The notes beneath the pieces are model-generated. The model ran no database searches. It had not been told where the DNA came from and was given only the letters and a program-made list of their open reading frames with translations. A DNA stretch of 64,000 nt from an uncultured Gemmatimonadales bacterium (GTDB taxonomy: Bacteria; Gemmatimonadota; Gemmatimonadetes; Gemmatimonadales; Gemmatimonadaceae): the NCBI GenBank assembly GCA_963793305.1, contig CAWBZV010000011.1:77511-141510 (forward strand). Direction: 5' to 3'. The translations under genes and the position numbers were made by a program. Shown here one piece after another: positions 21,297-32,756 of this stretch. Every line of letters starts with the position of its first letter. The stretch's first letter is position 1.

Positions 21297-22239
21297 CATT
21301 CTGGCGCGCGTCGCGCGTGTTGCGCTCGCGCCCGCGGCGCTCGCGTATCGCGGCGGCGTCGCGGTACAGGGCGCGCTGGTGCGACCGCGGGAACCCGCGA
21401 TTCCTGTGATCAGCGTGGGGAACCTGACCGTTGGTGGGACTGGCAAAACGCCAATCTCAGCGTGGATAGCGGCCGAGCTCCAGGCCATGGGCGCCAAGCC
21501 CGCGGTGATACTGCGTGGTTATGCTGGTGGCGATGAGATTGACGTCCATAAGCGGCTGACGCCCGGCATACCGGTGATCGGTAATCCAGATCGCGTGGCC
21601 GGTGTCCAAACCGCGGCGGCGCGAGGAGCGACTGTCGCCGTGCTCGACGATGCGTTTCAACACCGGCGGATAGCGCGCGTAAGTGATATTGTGTTGATCA
21701 GCGCCGATGCATGGGACGGACGCGTGCGGCTGCTCCCAGCGGGACCGTGGCGCGAACCGCTCTCGGCGCTGCGCCGCGCCTCGGTTGTCATCGTCACGCG
21801 AAAGGCCGTCGACGCATCACAGGCTGACGTGGTCATGCGGGCGCTGGATCTCGGCGACATGCCGACGGCCGTCGCGGCTCTCGTCCTCGGCGCCCTGAGG
21901 ACGCTCGGGGGCGAGGAGCGGGCGTTAGACACCATCGCCGATACCACCATCCACGCCGTCGCGGGGGTGGGCGATGCGAGTGCCTTCTTCGCGCAATTGC
22001 GGGCGGCGGGCGCCCGTGTCGTGCCCCATGGATTCCGCGATCATCATGCGTTCACCCGGGCCGATGCCGACCGGTTGGCCGGTGCCGCGGCCGGCGCGCC
22101 GGTCGTCTGCACGCTGAAAGACGCGGTCAAGCTGGAGCGCGAGTGGCCTCGCGGAGCGGGGCCCTTATGGTATGTTTCACAGCGCGTCGAGTTCGATCGC
22201 GGGCGCGAGGCTGTCTTGGCGTCCCTTCCTGCAACCTGA
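21274..22239 (+). CDS. lpxK: Tetraacyldisaccharide 4'-kinase
   Basis: [42 protein letters not shown]. Confidence 0.95.
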   Translation: MWLWQSDSILARVARVALAPAALAYRGGVAVQGALVRPREPAIPVISVGNLTVGGTGKTPISAWIAAELQAMGAKPAVILRGYAGGDEIDVHKRLTPGIPVIGNPDRVAGVQTAAARGATVAVLDDAFQHRRIARVSDIVLISADAWDGRVRLLPAGPWREPLSALRRASVVIVTRKAVDASQADVVMRALDLGDMPTAVAALVLGALRTLGGEERALDTIADTTIHAVAGVGDASAFFAQLRAAGARVVPHGFRDHHAFTRADADRLAGAAAGAPVVCTLKDAVKLEREWPRGAGPLWYVSQRVEFDRGREAVLASLPAT

Positions 22240-22243
22240 TTAT

Positions 22244-23551
22244 ATGGCTACCGACCTTCGACTTCCTACCCATAAGATCGTCCAGCGCGACAAAGACCGC
22301 TTTCTGAACGAAGAGAACCCGTTCGAAGCCATGATGTCCCGGTTCGATCGGGCCGCGGAGCTGCTGGATCTCGAACCCGGGATCTATAAAGTCCTTCGAA
22401 ACCCTGAAAAACAGATCATCGTCTCAGTCCCCGTGATGCTCGACACTGGTGAAGTCGAGGTGTACACGGGGTTTCGTGTTTTGTACAACACCTCGCGCGG
22501 ACCCGCGAAGGGCGGCATCCGATTCGACTTGCAGGTCACGCTCGAAGAGGTCAAGGCGCTCGCGGCGTGGATGACCTGGAAGTGCGCGGTCGTCAACATT
22601 CCGTTCGGTGGCTCGAAGGGCGGCGTGATCTGCGATCCGCTCAAAATGAGCGTTGGCGAGCTGGAGCGACTGACGCGCCGCTACACCGCTGGTATCATCG
22701 CGACGCTCGGCCCCGACTCGGACGTGCCCGCGCCAGACGTGAACACCAATGAGCGCGTGATGGCCTGGATCATGGACACGTACTCCATGCATGTCCGCCA
22801 CACCGTCACCGCCGTCGTCACGGGTAAGCCTGTCGAGATGGGTGGATCACTCGGACGGCGAGAGGCGACCGGGCGTGGGTGTATGATCGTCACCAAAGAA
22901 GCGCTGAAGCATCTCGGCATGCCCGTCGCGGGAACGACCGTTGCCATTCAGGGATTCGGGAACGTCGGCTCGATCGCGGCGGAGATGCTCCAACGAGAAG
23001 GCTGTACCATCACCGCCATCAGCGATCGGACCGGAGCATTCCATAATGCCAAGGGGATCGATATCGCCGATGCGGTACGCTATGTCAAAGAGCACAAGAC
23101 GCTCGAGGGGTACACGAAGGGCGATAAGATCACGAATGAAGAGATGCTGACCCTCGATGTCGACGTCCTGCTCCCCGCGGCGCTCGAGAACGTGATTACC
23201 AGCAAGAACGCGTCGAAGATCCGCGCCAAGATCGTCTGCGAAGGCGCGAACGGCCCGACCACGGCGGGCGCCGATGCGATCCTCGATGACAAGGGCGTGT
23301 TCGTCATCCCTGACATTCTCGCGAACGCGGGCGGTGTCACGGTATCCTACTTCGAGTGGGTCCAGGACCGCGGCGGATATTTCTGGTCCGAGGAGTCCGT
23401 GAACGATCGGCTTCGCGACATTATGACGCGCAGCTTCAAGGACGTCTTGAGCCTGTCGCGGCAGCACAAGGTCAATATGCGGACCGCGGCCTACATGCTG
23501 GCCATCAGCCGCGTCTCGACGGTTCACAAACTCCGCGGCATCTACGCGTAG
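22244..23551 (+). CDS. Glu/Leu/Phe/Val (glutamate) dehydrogenase
   Basis: [40 protein letters not shown]. Confidence 0.95.
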   Translation: MATDLRLPTHKIVQRDKDRFLNEENPFEAMMSRFDRAAELLDLEPGIYKVLRNPEKQIIVSVPVMLDTGEVEVYTGFRVLYNTSRGPAKGGIRFDLQVTLEEVKALAAWMTWKCAVVNIPFGGSKGGVICDPLKMSVGELERLTRRYTAGIIATLGPDSDVPAPDVNTNERVMAWIMDTYSMHVRHTVTAVVTGKPVEMGGSLGRREATGRGCMIVTKEALKHLGMPVAGTTVAIQGFGNVGSIAAEMLQREGCTITAISDRTGAFHNAKGIDIADAVRYVKEHKTLEGYTKGDKITNEEMLTLDVDVLLPAALENVITSKNASKIRAKIVCEGANGPTTAGADAILDDKGVFVIPDILANAGGVTVSYFEWVQDRGGYFWSEESVNDRLRDIMTRSFKDVLSLSRQHKVNMRTAAYMLAISRVSTVHKLRGIYA

Positions 23552-23561
23552 ACGGTAGCCG

Positions 23562-23975
23562 GTGCGTATCGTGATCGCCACGGTCGGCGCGCCCCGCAAC
23601 CGGGCGCTGGCCGAGGCGATCGCGGACTACGAGGGTCGAGCGGCGCGCTATTGGCCGCTCGATGTTCGGGAAGTGCGAGAGGAGCGCCTCGCCGGTGCTG
23701 TGGCCGAGGTCGACGTCGTAGCCTGTTCGGAGGACGGAGCGCGCATGTCGTCGGAGGAATTCGCGCGGTGGTTGCAAGCCGCGCGGGAGCGCGCGAAAGA
23801 CTTCGCGTTCGTCATTGGCGGGGCGTTCGGATTGCCCGAGACGCTGCTCGAACGGGCGAAGAGCCGGTTGTCGCTCGCCCCCTGGACGCTCCCGCACGAG
23901 CTCGCGCGGCTCGTGCTCGCCGAGCAGCTCTATCGCGCGGGTACCATCGTGCGCGGGGAACCGTATCATAAATGA
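23562..23975 (+). CDS. rlmH: 23S rRNA pseudouridine-1915 methyltransferase
   Basis: FVIGGAFGL, TLPHELARLVLAEQLYRA, PYHK. Confidence 0.93.
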   Translation: MRIVIATVGAPRNRALAEAIADYEGRAARYWPLDVREVREERLAGAVAEVDVVACSEDGARMSSEEFARWLQAARERAKDFAFVIGGAFGLPETLLERAKSRLSLAPWTLPHELARLVLAEQLYRAGTIVRGEPYHK

Positions 23976-25498
23976 GCGCCGAGGCTCCGCCCGCGACACG
24001 CGTCGACATTAGGACCAACCCGCTCGGTGGCTCGTCGCTCACACGCGCGTTGCTCGAGGGTAACCCCACCGTCGGCGCTTGGTATGCGAGCGCACCACGC
24101 ACGCCTGCGGCGTGGCGGGAGCGCGTCAAGTCGATCGCGCTGCGCGATGAATGGCTCACGGCGATTGCACCCGCTATCAACGCGCGGCGTGAGGCTGCGG
24201 CACGACTTAACCGAGCCAGTGTGGTCGTCACGACCGGCCAGCAACCCGGGTTCTTCGGCGGCCCGATCTACACCTGGTCGAAGGCCCTCAGCGCGCTGGC
24301 CATGGCGGACGCCCTCGAAGCTGCCTGTGGCATCCCGGTCGCGCCGGTATTCTGGGCCGCGACCGACGATGGCGACCAGCGCGAAGCGCGGTCGACGTGG
24401 ATCGCCGTGCCGGGCGGCGCGACCGAGCTGACAATGCCCGGGAGCGCGCCAGAGGGAACCATCATGAGCGCGGTCCCGGTCGGCGACGCCAGCGGCGCGA
24501 TCGCACAGCTCGCGACCGCGACGGGGTCGGCCGTGTATCCCGACGCATTGGCCGCCCTTGCCGAGGCATACCACGCGGGTGAGACGGCTGGCGAGGCGTA
24601 CATCGACTTGCTGCGGCGATTGCTCGAGCCGCTCGGCGTCGCGGTGCTCGACGCGTCGCACGAGTCGGTGCGCGTCGCCGCGCGACCGGTATTGAGCCGG
24701 GCGTTGGAGCACGCCGCCGAGATCGAGCGCGCGTTGGCCGAGCGATCGAAGGCGATCGTCGGCGCGGGGTTCCGGCCGCAAGTCGCCGATGTGCCCGGGC
24801 TGTCGCTCGTGTTCGCGTACGACGGGGCGGTCAAGACCCGGCTGCAGATCAGCGATCGCAGGCGAGCCGCGAGTCTCGGGCCGAACGTGTTGCTGCGACC
24901 CGTCGTCGAGTCGGTATTGCTTCCGACTGTGGCATACATGGCGGGCCCCGGCGAGCTCGCGTATTTCGCGCAGGTGACGCCGGTGGCCAATGAGCTGGGA
25001 CTGAGGCCGCCCGTGGCGCTGCCGCGCTGGTCGTGTACGATCGTTGAGCCGCACATCGCGCGACTACTCGCGCGCCACGGCCTCGAGGTCGACGATCTGC
25101 GGGATCCGCACGCGGCCGAGAATCGCCTGGCGCGCGAAGCGATGCCGCCGGAGCTCGGCGATGCGATCGCAGGGCTTCGGCGCCTCTTGGCCCATGGCAT
25201 CGCGCAAGTGGAAAAAGCCGCGGGGGGACTCAACGTCTGGCCAACGACGTTCCAAGGCGCCCAGCGATCCGCCGGGTATAAGATCGACCGGCTCGAGCGC
25301 CGGATCCTCGCGCGAGTCAAGCGCGCGCACAAGGAAGGGATGACCGAGCTGGCCACGTTGCGCGGGGCGCTGTACCCCAACGGTGAGCCGCAGGAGCGCG
25401 CACTGAACATGATCCCGATGCTCGCGCGGCATGGACCGGCGCTGTTTGAGGCCATGCGGGCGGCGGCGCGCAAGCACGCGGACGCCCTTGTCGGATAA
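23972..25498 (+). CDS. bshC: Bacillithiol biosynthesis cysteine-adding enzyme
   Basis: VTTGQQPGFFGGPIYTWSKA, PVFW, PNVLLRP, YMAGPGELAYFAQ, PQER. Confidence 0.88.
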   Translation: MSAEAPPATRVDIRTNPLGGSSLTRALLEGNPTVGAWYASAPRTPAAWRERVKSIALRDEWLTAIAPAINARREAAARLNRASVVVTTGQQPGFFGGPIYTWSKALSALAMADALEAACGIPVAPVFWAATDDGDQREARSTWIAVPGGATELTMPGSAPEGTIMSAVPVGDASGAIAQLATATGSAVYPDALAALAEAYHAGETAGEAYIDLLRRLLEPLGVAVLDASHESVRVAARPVLSRALEHAAEIERALAERSKAIVGAGFRPQVADVPGLSLVFAYDGAVKTRLQISDRRRAASLGPNVLLRPVVESVLLPTVAYMAGPGELAYFAQVTPVANELGLRPPVALPRWSCTIVEPHIARLLARHGLEVDDLRDPHAAENRLAREAMPPELGDAIAGLRRLLAHGIAQVEKAAGGLNVWPTTFQGAQRSAGYKIDRLERRILARVKRAHKEGMTELATLRGALYPNGEPQERALNMIPMLARHGPALFEAMRAAARKHADALVG

Positions 25499-26999
25499 GC
25501 GAAGCGGGAGAGCCGCCTCGCTCGTCGCGATCGGCATCCTGGCGAGCCGCCTCACGGGTCTCGTTCGCAGTCAGGTCTTCGCGCATTTCTTCGGGAGTCT
25601 GCCCGAGGCCGACGCGGTCACCGCGGCGTTTCGCATCCCGAATCTCTTGCAGAACCTGTTTGGCGAAGGCGCCATGTCGGCGTCGTTTATCCCCGTGTAC
25701 GCCAGTCTCCTCGCCCGGGGAGACGAAAAAGAGGCCGACCGCGTGGCCGGGGCGATTGCGGCGTTGCTTGCCCTGGTCGTGGCCATTGTCGTGCTCATCG
25801 GCGTGCTCGCCACGCCCGTGCTCATCGATCTCATCGCGCCAGGTTTTCAAGGCGAGCGGCGCGTGCTCTGCATCCAACTCGTTCGCATTCTCTTTCCCGG
25901 CGCTGGCTTCTTGGCGATGTCGGCCTGGTGCCTCGGGGTGTTGAACAGCCATCACAAGTTTCTGCTCTCCTACGCGTCGCCGGTGCTGTACAACGCCGTG
26001 ATCATTGCAACGCTCGCCGTCTTCGGCGGCCGCGTTGGCGTGTCGCACTTGGCGGTGCTATTCGCGTGGGGGTCGGTGGCGGCGAGTGTCGCGCAATTCG
26101 TCGTGCAATTGCCGACGGTGGTGAGAGTGGCGCCGATGCTGCGGGTGAGGTTGGATACCAAGTCCGCCGACGTCCGGGTGGTCGTACATAATTTCGGGCC
26201 GACGTTCATCGCCCGCGGCGTCGTGCAGCTCAGCGCGTACATCGATCAATTTCTCGCGACCTGGCTGCCGTTAGGTGCCGTGGCGCTGCTTGGGTATGCG
26301 CAGATCTTGTACACGCTGCCGGTCAGCCTCTTCGGCATGTCCGTATCGGCGGCCGAGCTGCCGGCGATGTCACGAGACACGGCGGCCGAGGTGCTTCGGG
26401 AGCGGTTGAACGCCGGACTTCGACGCATCGCGTTTCTGGTCATTCCATCCGCCATGGCGTTTTTTGTTCTCGGGGATGTGCTCGGCGGGATCTTCAGGAC
26501 TGGGCGATTCACCGAGGCCGATACCGTGTGGGTCTGGCGAATCCTGGCCGGATCGGGCATCGGACTGCTGGCGTCGACTCTCGGCCGACTGTACTCGTCG
26601 ACCTATTACGCCCTCAAGGACACGCGCACGCCACTCCGGTTCGCGGTCGTCCGCGTGACGCTGACGACGATCCTCGGCGTGTTGTTCGCGTTCGCGTTGC
26701 CGCGTTGGCTCGGCGTGGACACGCGCTGGGGCATGGCGGGCTTGACCGCCTCGGCCGGTCTCGCGGGCTGGGTCGAGTTCTACCTGCTGCGTCGTGGGAT
26801 CACGCCCCGGATCGGGCAGACGGGCGTCCGAGGCCGTTATGTGGCTTCGCTGTGGGCCATAGCGGCCCTGTGCGCGGCGGCCGCGTACGGGCTCAAGCTG
26901 GTATTCCCGCCAGGTCACGCGTTCATACGCGCGGCGGCGATCCTCCCCGTCTACGGAGCGCTCTATCTCGCGCTCACAAAGGTGGCCAACCCCAAGTAG
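25488..26999 (+). CDS. murJ: Lipid II flippase
   Basis: SRLTGLVR, AFRIPNLLQNLFGEGAMSASFIPVY; multiple TM helices. Confidence 0.93.
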   Translation: MSDKRSGRAASLVAIGILASRLTGLVRSQVFAHFFGSLPEADAVTAAFRIPNLLQNLFGEGAMSASFIPVYASLLARGDEKEADRVAGAIAALLALVVAIVVLIGVLATPVLIDLIAPGFQGERRVLCIQLVRILFPGAGFLAMSAWCLGVLNSHHKFLLSYASPVLYNAVIIATLAVFGGRVGVSHLAVLFAWGSVAASVAQFVVQLPTVVRVAPMLRVRLDTKSADVRVVVHNFGPTFIARGVVQLSAYIDQFLATWLPLGAVALLGYAQILYTLPVSLFGMSVSAAELPAMSRDTAAEVLRERLNAGLRRIAFLVIPSAMAFFVLGDVLGGIFRTGRFTEADTVWVWRILAGSGIGLLASTLGRLYSSTYYALKDTRTPLRFAVVRVTLTTILGVLFAFALPRWLGVDTRWGMAGLTASAGLAGWVEFYLLRRGITPRIGQTGVRGRYVASLWAIAALCAAAAYGLKLVFPPGHAFIRAAAILPVYGALYLALTKVANPK

Positions 27000-27010
27000 A
27001 TTTAGGGGTT

Positions 27011-28820
27011 ATGGAGGAAAAGGTCGCCCACCTGCCGGAATCACCGGGGGTGTATCTGTTTCGCGACGCGAACGGCGTTGTGCTCTATGTCGGCAAGGCG
27101 AAACGGTTGCGCTCGCGTGTGAGGAGCTATTTCAACGCGGATCACGCCAACAGCGTGAAGACGCTCCATCTCATGCGTTACGTCGCCGATTTCGACACGA
27201 TCGTGGTGCCGACCGAGGCGCACGCGCTCATCCTCGAAGCGAACCTCATTAAGGAGTACCACCCCCGGTTCAATATCGCGCTGCGGGACGACAAGTCGTA
27301 CCCGTATATCAAGGTCACCGTTCAAGAGCCCTTCCCACGGGTCTTTGTCACGCGCCGCCTACTGAACGACGGCGGGCGGTATTTCGGGCCATACACCGAC
27401 GTGGGGAAGATGCGGCGGGCGCTCAACGTCGTGAAGCAGATCTTCACGGTCCGCTCGTGCCGCTACGATATGCCGCGGGAGATGCCCGAGCGGCCGTGTC
27501 TCGACTACTACATCAAGCGATGCAAGGCGCCGTGCATCCTGGCGCAGTCCCAGGACGAGTATCGGGCCATGATCGAGGAAGTGCTCATCTTTCTCGACGG
27601 CAATGCGCGCGAGGTGGTGCGCCGAGTGCGCGCGCGCATGGACTCGGCGGCCGAGGCGTTGCATTACGAGCAAGCGGCCGAGTTGCGGGATATGCTGGCG
27701 AAGTTGGAGCGGCTTGAGGAGCCGACGGTGGTCATGGAGGTCGAAGGCGGCGATAGGGATGTCGTCGGGTTCGCGCGCGATGGCGAGGATGCCAGCGTGG
27801 TCACGATGCGCATTCGGAGCGGCAAGCTTTTGGCTCGCGACCATCGGTTGCTCTCCAACATCGAAGGCGAGAACGACGCCGCCGTACTCTCGGCTTACCT
27901 GAGCCAGAGTTATGCTGGTAGCGCCGAGAGAGCAGGGGAGTTGCTCGTCCCGTTCGATTTCGAGGACCGGGAGGCGCTGCAGGAGAACCTCACGGGCACG
28001 CGCGTCCTCGTACCGCAACGAGGGCCGAAGCGGGAGTTGGTTGATCTCGCCGAGCAGAATGCCCGACACTTGCTCGAAGAGTTCAAGCTCGCCGCTGACG
28101 AATCGGATGTACGAGCGGGCGAGCCGGTGTACGATCTCCAGAGAGAGCTGGGCCTGGTGAAGTTGCCTCGGTCCCTCGTGTGCTTCGACATCTCGCATGC
28201 CCAAGGCACTGACACCGTTGCCTCGCTCGTGTGGTTCGAGAATGGGCGCGCCAAGCGATCCGAGTATCGCAAGTTCAAGATCGCGACCGTCGAGGGCGTG
28301 GACGATTTTGCGTCGATGCGCGAAGTCGTGCACCGATACTTCGCGCGGCGGGTAGCAGAGGAGAAGCCATTGCCGGATCTCGTCGTCATCGACGGCGGCA
28401 AAGGTCAGCTCAACGCGGCCACCCAGGCGCTGCACGACCTCGGGCTCGGAGAGATGCCGGTCGTGAGTCTGGCGAAGAAAGAGGAGGAGCTCTTCCTGCC
28501 GGGCCGGTCGGAGTCGATTCGGCTCTCGCGGCGGTCACCGGGCTTGAGGCTCGTGCAGCAAGCGCGCGACGAGGCCCATCGCTTCGCGCTGACGTTTCAG
28601 CGCAAGCGCCGGGCGGTGCGCACCGTGACGTTCCGAGCTGCTCAAGGTGCCCGGTATTGGACCAGTGAGACGAAGGGCCTTACTGAAAGCGTTTGGTAGC
28701 GTGCAGGGCGTGCGCGAAGCGACAGCCGAGCAAATCGCGACGGTTCCGGGGTTCACGGTGGCGACGGCGCAAAAGCTGCTCACTTCTCTCAATCCGAGCT
28801 ATGTCCCTAGCGATTCTTGA
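27011..28820 (+). CDS. uvrC: Excinuclease ABC subunit C (apparent frameshift ~28631 before HhH domain)
   Basis: GVY..YVGKA GIY-YIG, DDKSYPY, CFDISH, IDGGKGQ, RDEAHRFA; VPGIG HhH in shifted frame to TGA 28820. Confidence 0.93.
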
Positions 28821-29985
28821 CCCTTTCAGCGGCATCGCCGGCGACATGACGCTCGGCGCGCTCATCGCCTGCGGCCTCGATCCCGAGTGGCTGCGGGCGC
28901 TGCCGACGCGCCTCGGGCTCGATGGCGTTCGCGTCGATATCGCCGAGGTGCAACGCGCGGGGATTGCGTGCGTGAAAGTCGATTTCGACATCCCGCCGCA
29001 GCCGCATGGGCGGCACGTGAGCGCGATTCGGAAGATCATCGCGGCGTCGGGTGCGCCGGAGGCGGTGCGGGCGAGGGCCGACTCGGCGTTCATGGCCATC
29101 GCCACGGTTGAAGGCGCCATGCATGGCATGCCCGCAGAGAAAGTGCACTTGCACGAGGTCGGTGCCGTGGACGCGATTCTTGACGTGATCGCCTCTATCT
29201 GGGGCTTCACGCTCCTCGGCGTCACCAGCGTGTATGTCGGGCCGATTGCGTTGGGCGACGGGACGGTGGAGGCCGCGCACGGGACGCTGCCGGTGCCGGC
29301 GCCGGCCACGCTCAAGCTCCTGGAAGGTCATCAGGTTCGTTCGGGTCCTTCTGGATCCGGTGAGCTGACCACGCCGACCGGCGCGGCGCTCGTGCACGTG
29401 CTCTCGCTCGGCGCCCCGCCCGTATCATACGTCCCGCGGCGCAGTGGATTCGGCGCGGGGACGAAAGACTTTCGCGGTCGCGCGAATGCGCTGCGTTTGG
29501 TATTGGCCGAGGCGGTCGCCGACGGGGCGACACGCGAGTCGATGGTCGTGCTGGCCGCGGACATCGACGACATGACTGGCGAGTATCTCGCCGATCTCGC
29601 CGACTCGCTTCGCTCGTCCGGCGCCTCCGACGTCGTGCTGATCCCCACCATCATGAAGAAGGGCCGTCCGGGCACACGCGTGGAAGTGCTTGCGTCTCCG
29701 GCGGCGGTTGAGCAGCTCGAGCAGGTGCTCTTCGAGCAGAGCACGACCCTCGGCGTGAGGCGTACGAACGTCGAGAGAACAGCGCTGCCACGTCGCACCA
29801 TTTCGGTCGACGTCGACGGACATCGGATCGCGGTCAAGGTGGCAACGTTGCCCGATGGCGGCACCCGGGCGAAACCCGAATATGTGGATGTTCACCGCGT
29901 GGCGGAGGCGACAGGCCTCCGGCCAAGCGATATATTTTCACTCGCGGCGGAGGCCGCTCGGCGCGAAGACGCCGATCTATCCTAA
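28801..29985 (+). CDS. larC: Nickel-pincer cofactor Ni-insertion protein
   Basis: SGIAGDMTLGAL, VHLHEVGAVDAILD, HGTLPVPAPAT, ELTTPTGAA, MKKGRPG, KPEY. Confidence 0.92.
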   Translation: MSLAILDPFSGIAGDMTLGALIACGLDPEWLRALPTRLGLDGVRVDIAEVQRAGIACVKVDFDIPPQPHGRHVSAIRKIIAASGAPEAVRARADSAFMAIATVEGAMHGMPAEKVHLHEVGAVDAILDVIASIWGFTLLGVTSVYVGPIALGDGTVEAAHGTLPVPAPATLKLLEGHQVRSGPSGSGELTTPTGAALVHVLSLGAPPVSYVPRRSGFGAGTKDFRGRANALRLVLAEAVADGATRESMVVLAADIDDMTGEYLADLADSLRSSGASDVVLIPTIMKKGRPGTRVEVLASPAAVEQLEQVLFEQSTTLGVRRTNVERTALPRRTISVDVDGHRIAVKVATLPDGGTRAKPEYVDVHRVAEATGLRPSDIFSLAAEAARREDADLS

Positions 29986-31511
29986 TGTCCAGGAGCTCAC
30001 CGATGCGCGATGTGGTCGCATGCGGAGTGTTGTGTTTGCTCTCTTTCCCGGTACTGGCGCACGCCCAGGACAGCAAGAAAAAGGGCGACAGCAAGCCGGC
30101 ATCGAAGTGCGAGATCGATCTCAACAGCCCGGCTGAGATGTTCTCGGCGGCGCTGTACCTGAGGAAGGCGACGGAAGCGAAAACCGACACGGCCGAGCAG
30201 AACAAAGACTGGAAGGCCGCGGTCGGCGCGCTCAGCGCACCGGGGTACAAGAATCCGAACCCGTCCGGCTACGCCTACATCGTCGGTCAGGCGCTGGTCA
30301 CCCTCGGCACGCGCCCAGGCGCGCCCGAGAGCGCCCCGCGCTCCACGTACGGATATAAGGACAACCCGACGGGCACGATCGACCCGCTGGCGACGGCCGA
30401 TACGATGCTCAAGTCGCTCGCTGTGGCGAAGCCGCTGTGCGAGCCGGTGGCGGTGAGCATTCGCGAGCAGGGATATATCCCGCTCTACAACCTCGGCGCG
30501 AAGTCCCTGAGCTCGAACTCGCTGGATACGGCCAAGGCCGCCGCGGCACGGGCGGTGATTTTGGCTCCCGACCGGCCCGAAGCGTACAACCTGCTGGCCG
30601 GCGTCGCGCTCAAGCAGAAGGATCTGCCGGCGGCGGCCGCGAACTACAAGAAGGTGATCGAGACCTCCGGCAGCGATACCGGGTTCACGAAGACGAAGTC
30701 GGGCGCGCTGTTCAACCTCGGTGTCGTGGAGCAGAACCAGTCGGATGCCGCGACCGGCGATCAAAAGAAGGAGTTCGCGAAAGCAGCAGCCGATGCCTGG
30801 ACGCAGTACATCCAGATGAACCCGAACGATGCCGACGCCAAGACCGCGCTCGCGCGAGCACAGCAGTCGGCGGGCGATACCGCGGCGGTCAGCCAGGCCT
30901 ACGGCGACATGATCGCGAATCCCGACAAGTACACGGACCTGCAGCTTTTCCAGGCCGCGTTCACCGCGTCGCGCACGAATCGCGATGCTGATGCCGAGAA
31001 GCTGTTCAGCGCGGGGCTCAAGCTGAATCCATACTTCCGGGACGCGCTCTACTATGTCGCGGCCGGGGCCTTCAATCAGAAGAAAGCGGACACGTTGTTC
31101 CCGCTGGCCCGGAAGCTCGTCGATATCGACCCGAACAATGCGGATAATTGGCGGCTCCTCGCGGGCGCGTACCAGCTCCGCGCCAACGGCGAGCCGGCCA
31201 AGCCGGTGGCGCGCAAGGCCGACGTGGACTCGACGATGCAGTTCCTCACCAAGAGCAAGACGCTGCCGCTGCAGCTGCGCGTGACCAAGTTCGCGAAGGA
31301 CGGCGACAAGCTGACCGTCGCCGGCACGGTGGCGAACAGCGGCACCAAGAACGATTCGCTCACCATCAAGTTCCAGTTCATCGACAAGAACGGTCAGACC
31401 CTGACCACGCAGAGCGTCCCGGTATCGGTCGCCGCGGGTGGCACGCAGCAGTTCGAGACCAGCGTGACGCAACCAGGGATCGCATTGTTCAAATACGCCC
31501 CGTTGGAGTAA
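29985..31511 (+). CDS. Exported TPR-repeat protein with C-terminal beta-sandwich (FxLYD-like) domain
   Basis: Signal peptide (AHA-Q), helical repeats, GTVANSG...FQFIDKNG C-terminus. Confidence 0.65.
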   Translation: MSRSSPMRDVVACGVLCLLSFPVLAHAQDSKKKGDSKPASKCEIDLNSPAEMFSAALYLRKATEAKTDTAEQNKDWKAAVGALSAPGYKNPNPSGYAYIVGQALVTLGTRPGAPESAPRSTYGYKDNPTGTIDPLATADTMLKSLAVAKPLCEPVAVSIREQGYIPLYNLGAKSLSSNSLDTAKAAAARAVILAPDRPEAYNLLAGVALKQKDLPAAAANYKKVIETSGSDTGFTKTKSGALFNLGVVEQNQSDAATGDQKKEFAKAAADAWTQYIQMNPNDADAKTALARAQQSAGDTAAVSQAYGDMIANPDKYTDLQLFQAAFTASRTNRDADAEKLFSAGLKLNPYFRDALYYVAAGAFNQKKADTLFPLARKLVDIDPNNADNWRLLAGAYQLRANGEPAKPVARKADVDSTMQFLTKSKTLPLQLRVTKFAKDGDKLTVAGTVANSGTKNDSLTIKFQFIDKNGQTLTTQSVPVSVAAGGTQQFETSVTQPGIALFKYAPLE

Positions 31512-32756
31512 TGGTCCGCGTCGCGAGGGTCGCACCAGGAAGTATCGCCGAGCATGTCGGGCTCGGGCCGGGGACCGAGCTCGTCTCGGTCAACGGGCGA
31601 TCGCTCGTGGACTTTCTCGACTGGGAGTTTCTCAGCGCGGACGACGAGCTCGAGATAGAAGCTCGGCAAGATGGCGAGACGGTTATTTACGAGATTGCTC
31701 GTGATGACGGGCAATCGCTCGGCGTCGAGCTGGAACCGCCAACGGTTCGCCAATGCGCGAACCGTTGCGAGTTCTGTTTTATCGAGGGATTACCTCCGGG
31801 CCTCCGCAAGCCTCTGTACTTACGCGACGACGACTATCGGCTGTCATTCGCGTATGGCAACTTCGCGACGTTGTCGAATGTCAGGGAGCGCGACGTTCAA
31901 GCGCATCTTCGAATATCACCTGTCGCCGCTCTACGTCTCGGTGCACGCCACACCGCACGAGGCGCGAAAAGTCTTACTGAACAACCCCAAGGTCCCCGAT
32001 ATCCTGGCCCAGCTGCGAACGCTCGCCAGTGGGGGCATTGAGTTTCATTGTCAGATGGTCATTGTGCCAGGACTCAACGACGGCGCCATCTTGGATGAGT
32101 CCCTGGCCGATCTGTGGTCGCTCGATGAAGCCGTGCTGTCGGTCGCGATCGTCCCCGTGGGGCTGACCCAATTTTCGCATCTGTACACCGGTCGCACGAT
32201 GGATCGGGCCGCTGCGCGGCAGCTGCTGCGGCAGATCGCCCCATGGACCGAGCGGCGCGAAACACCATGGGTGTTCGGCTCGGACGAGCTCTATTTGCTC
32301 GCCGGTGTCGAGGTCCCCGATGCCGACTACTATGGGGAGTTCGACCAGGTGGAGAACGGTGTCGGCTCTATCGCGCTCCTGCGGCGCCGGGTCAGAGAAG
32401 GGGTGAAGGATCTTCCGCGACTGGACGGCCGGCGTATTGGAGTGGTGACGGGAACGTCGATGGCGCCACTCATGCCCGAATTGCTGGAGCGTTTGCATGA
32501 GGCGACCGGAGCGACGTTCGAGCTCATTCCGGTCGAGAATAGTCTCTTTGGCCCGACGACCACGACGGCCGGGTTGCTGGTGGGCGCCGATATTCGGCGG
32601 GCGCTCGACGGTCGCGTGGATCTGGACGAAGCGCTGATCCCGGCCGAGACGATCAACGATCGTGGAGTATTTCTCGACGACGTGACGTTTGAAGAGGTGC
32701 GTGCCGGATTGCCGATGCCCGTGCGGCCTTCGTACGATTTTATCGACGCATTATGA
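31511..32756 (+). CDS. DUF512 / PDZ Fe-S radical-SAM-like protein (apparent frameshift ~31900)
   Basis: CANRCEFCF, DDDYRLSFAYGNF, SPLYVSVHAT, QVENGVG; typical neighbour of der. Confidence 0.85.

Noticed and set aside
23966..31535. Long antisense ORFs (e.g. 24268..25473, 29997..31535)
   Set aside because: Shadow ORFs opposite well-supported genes, typical of high-GC codon usage.
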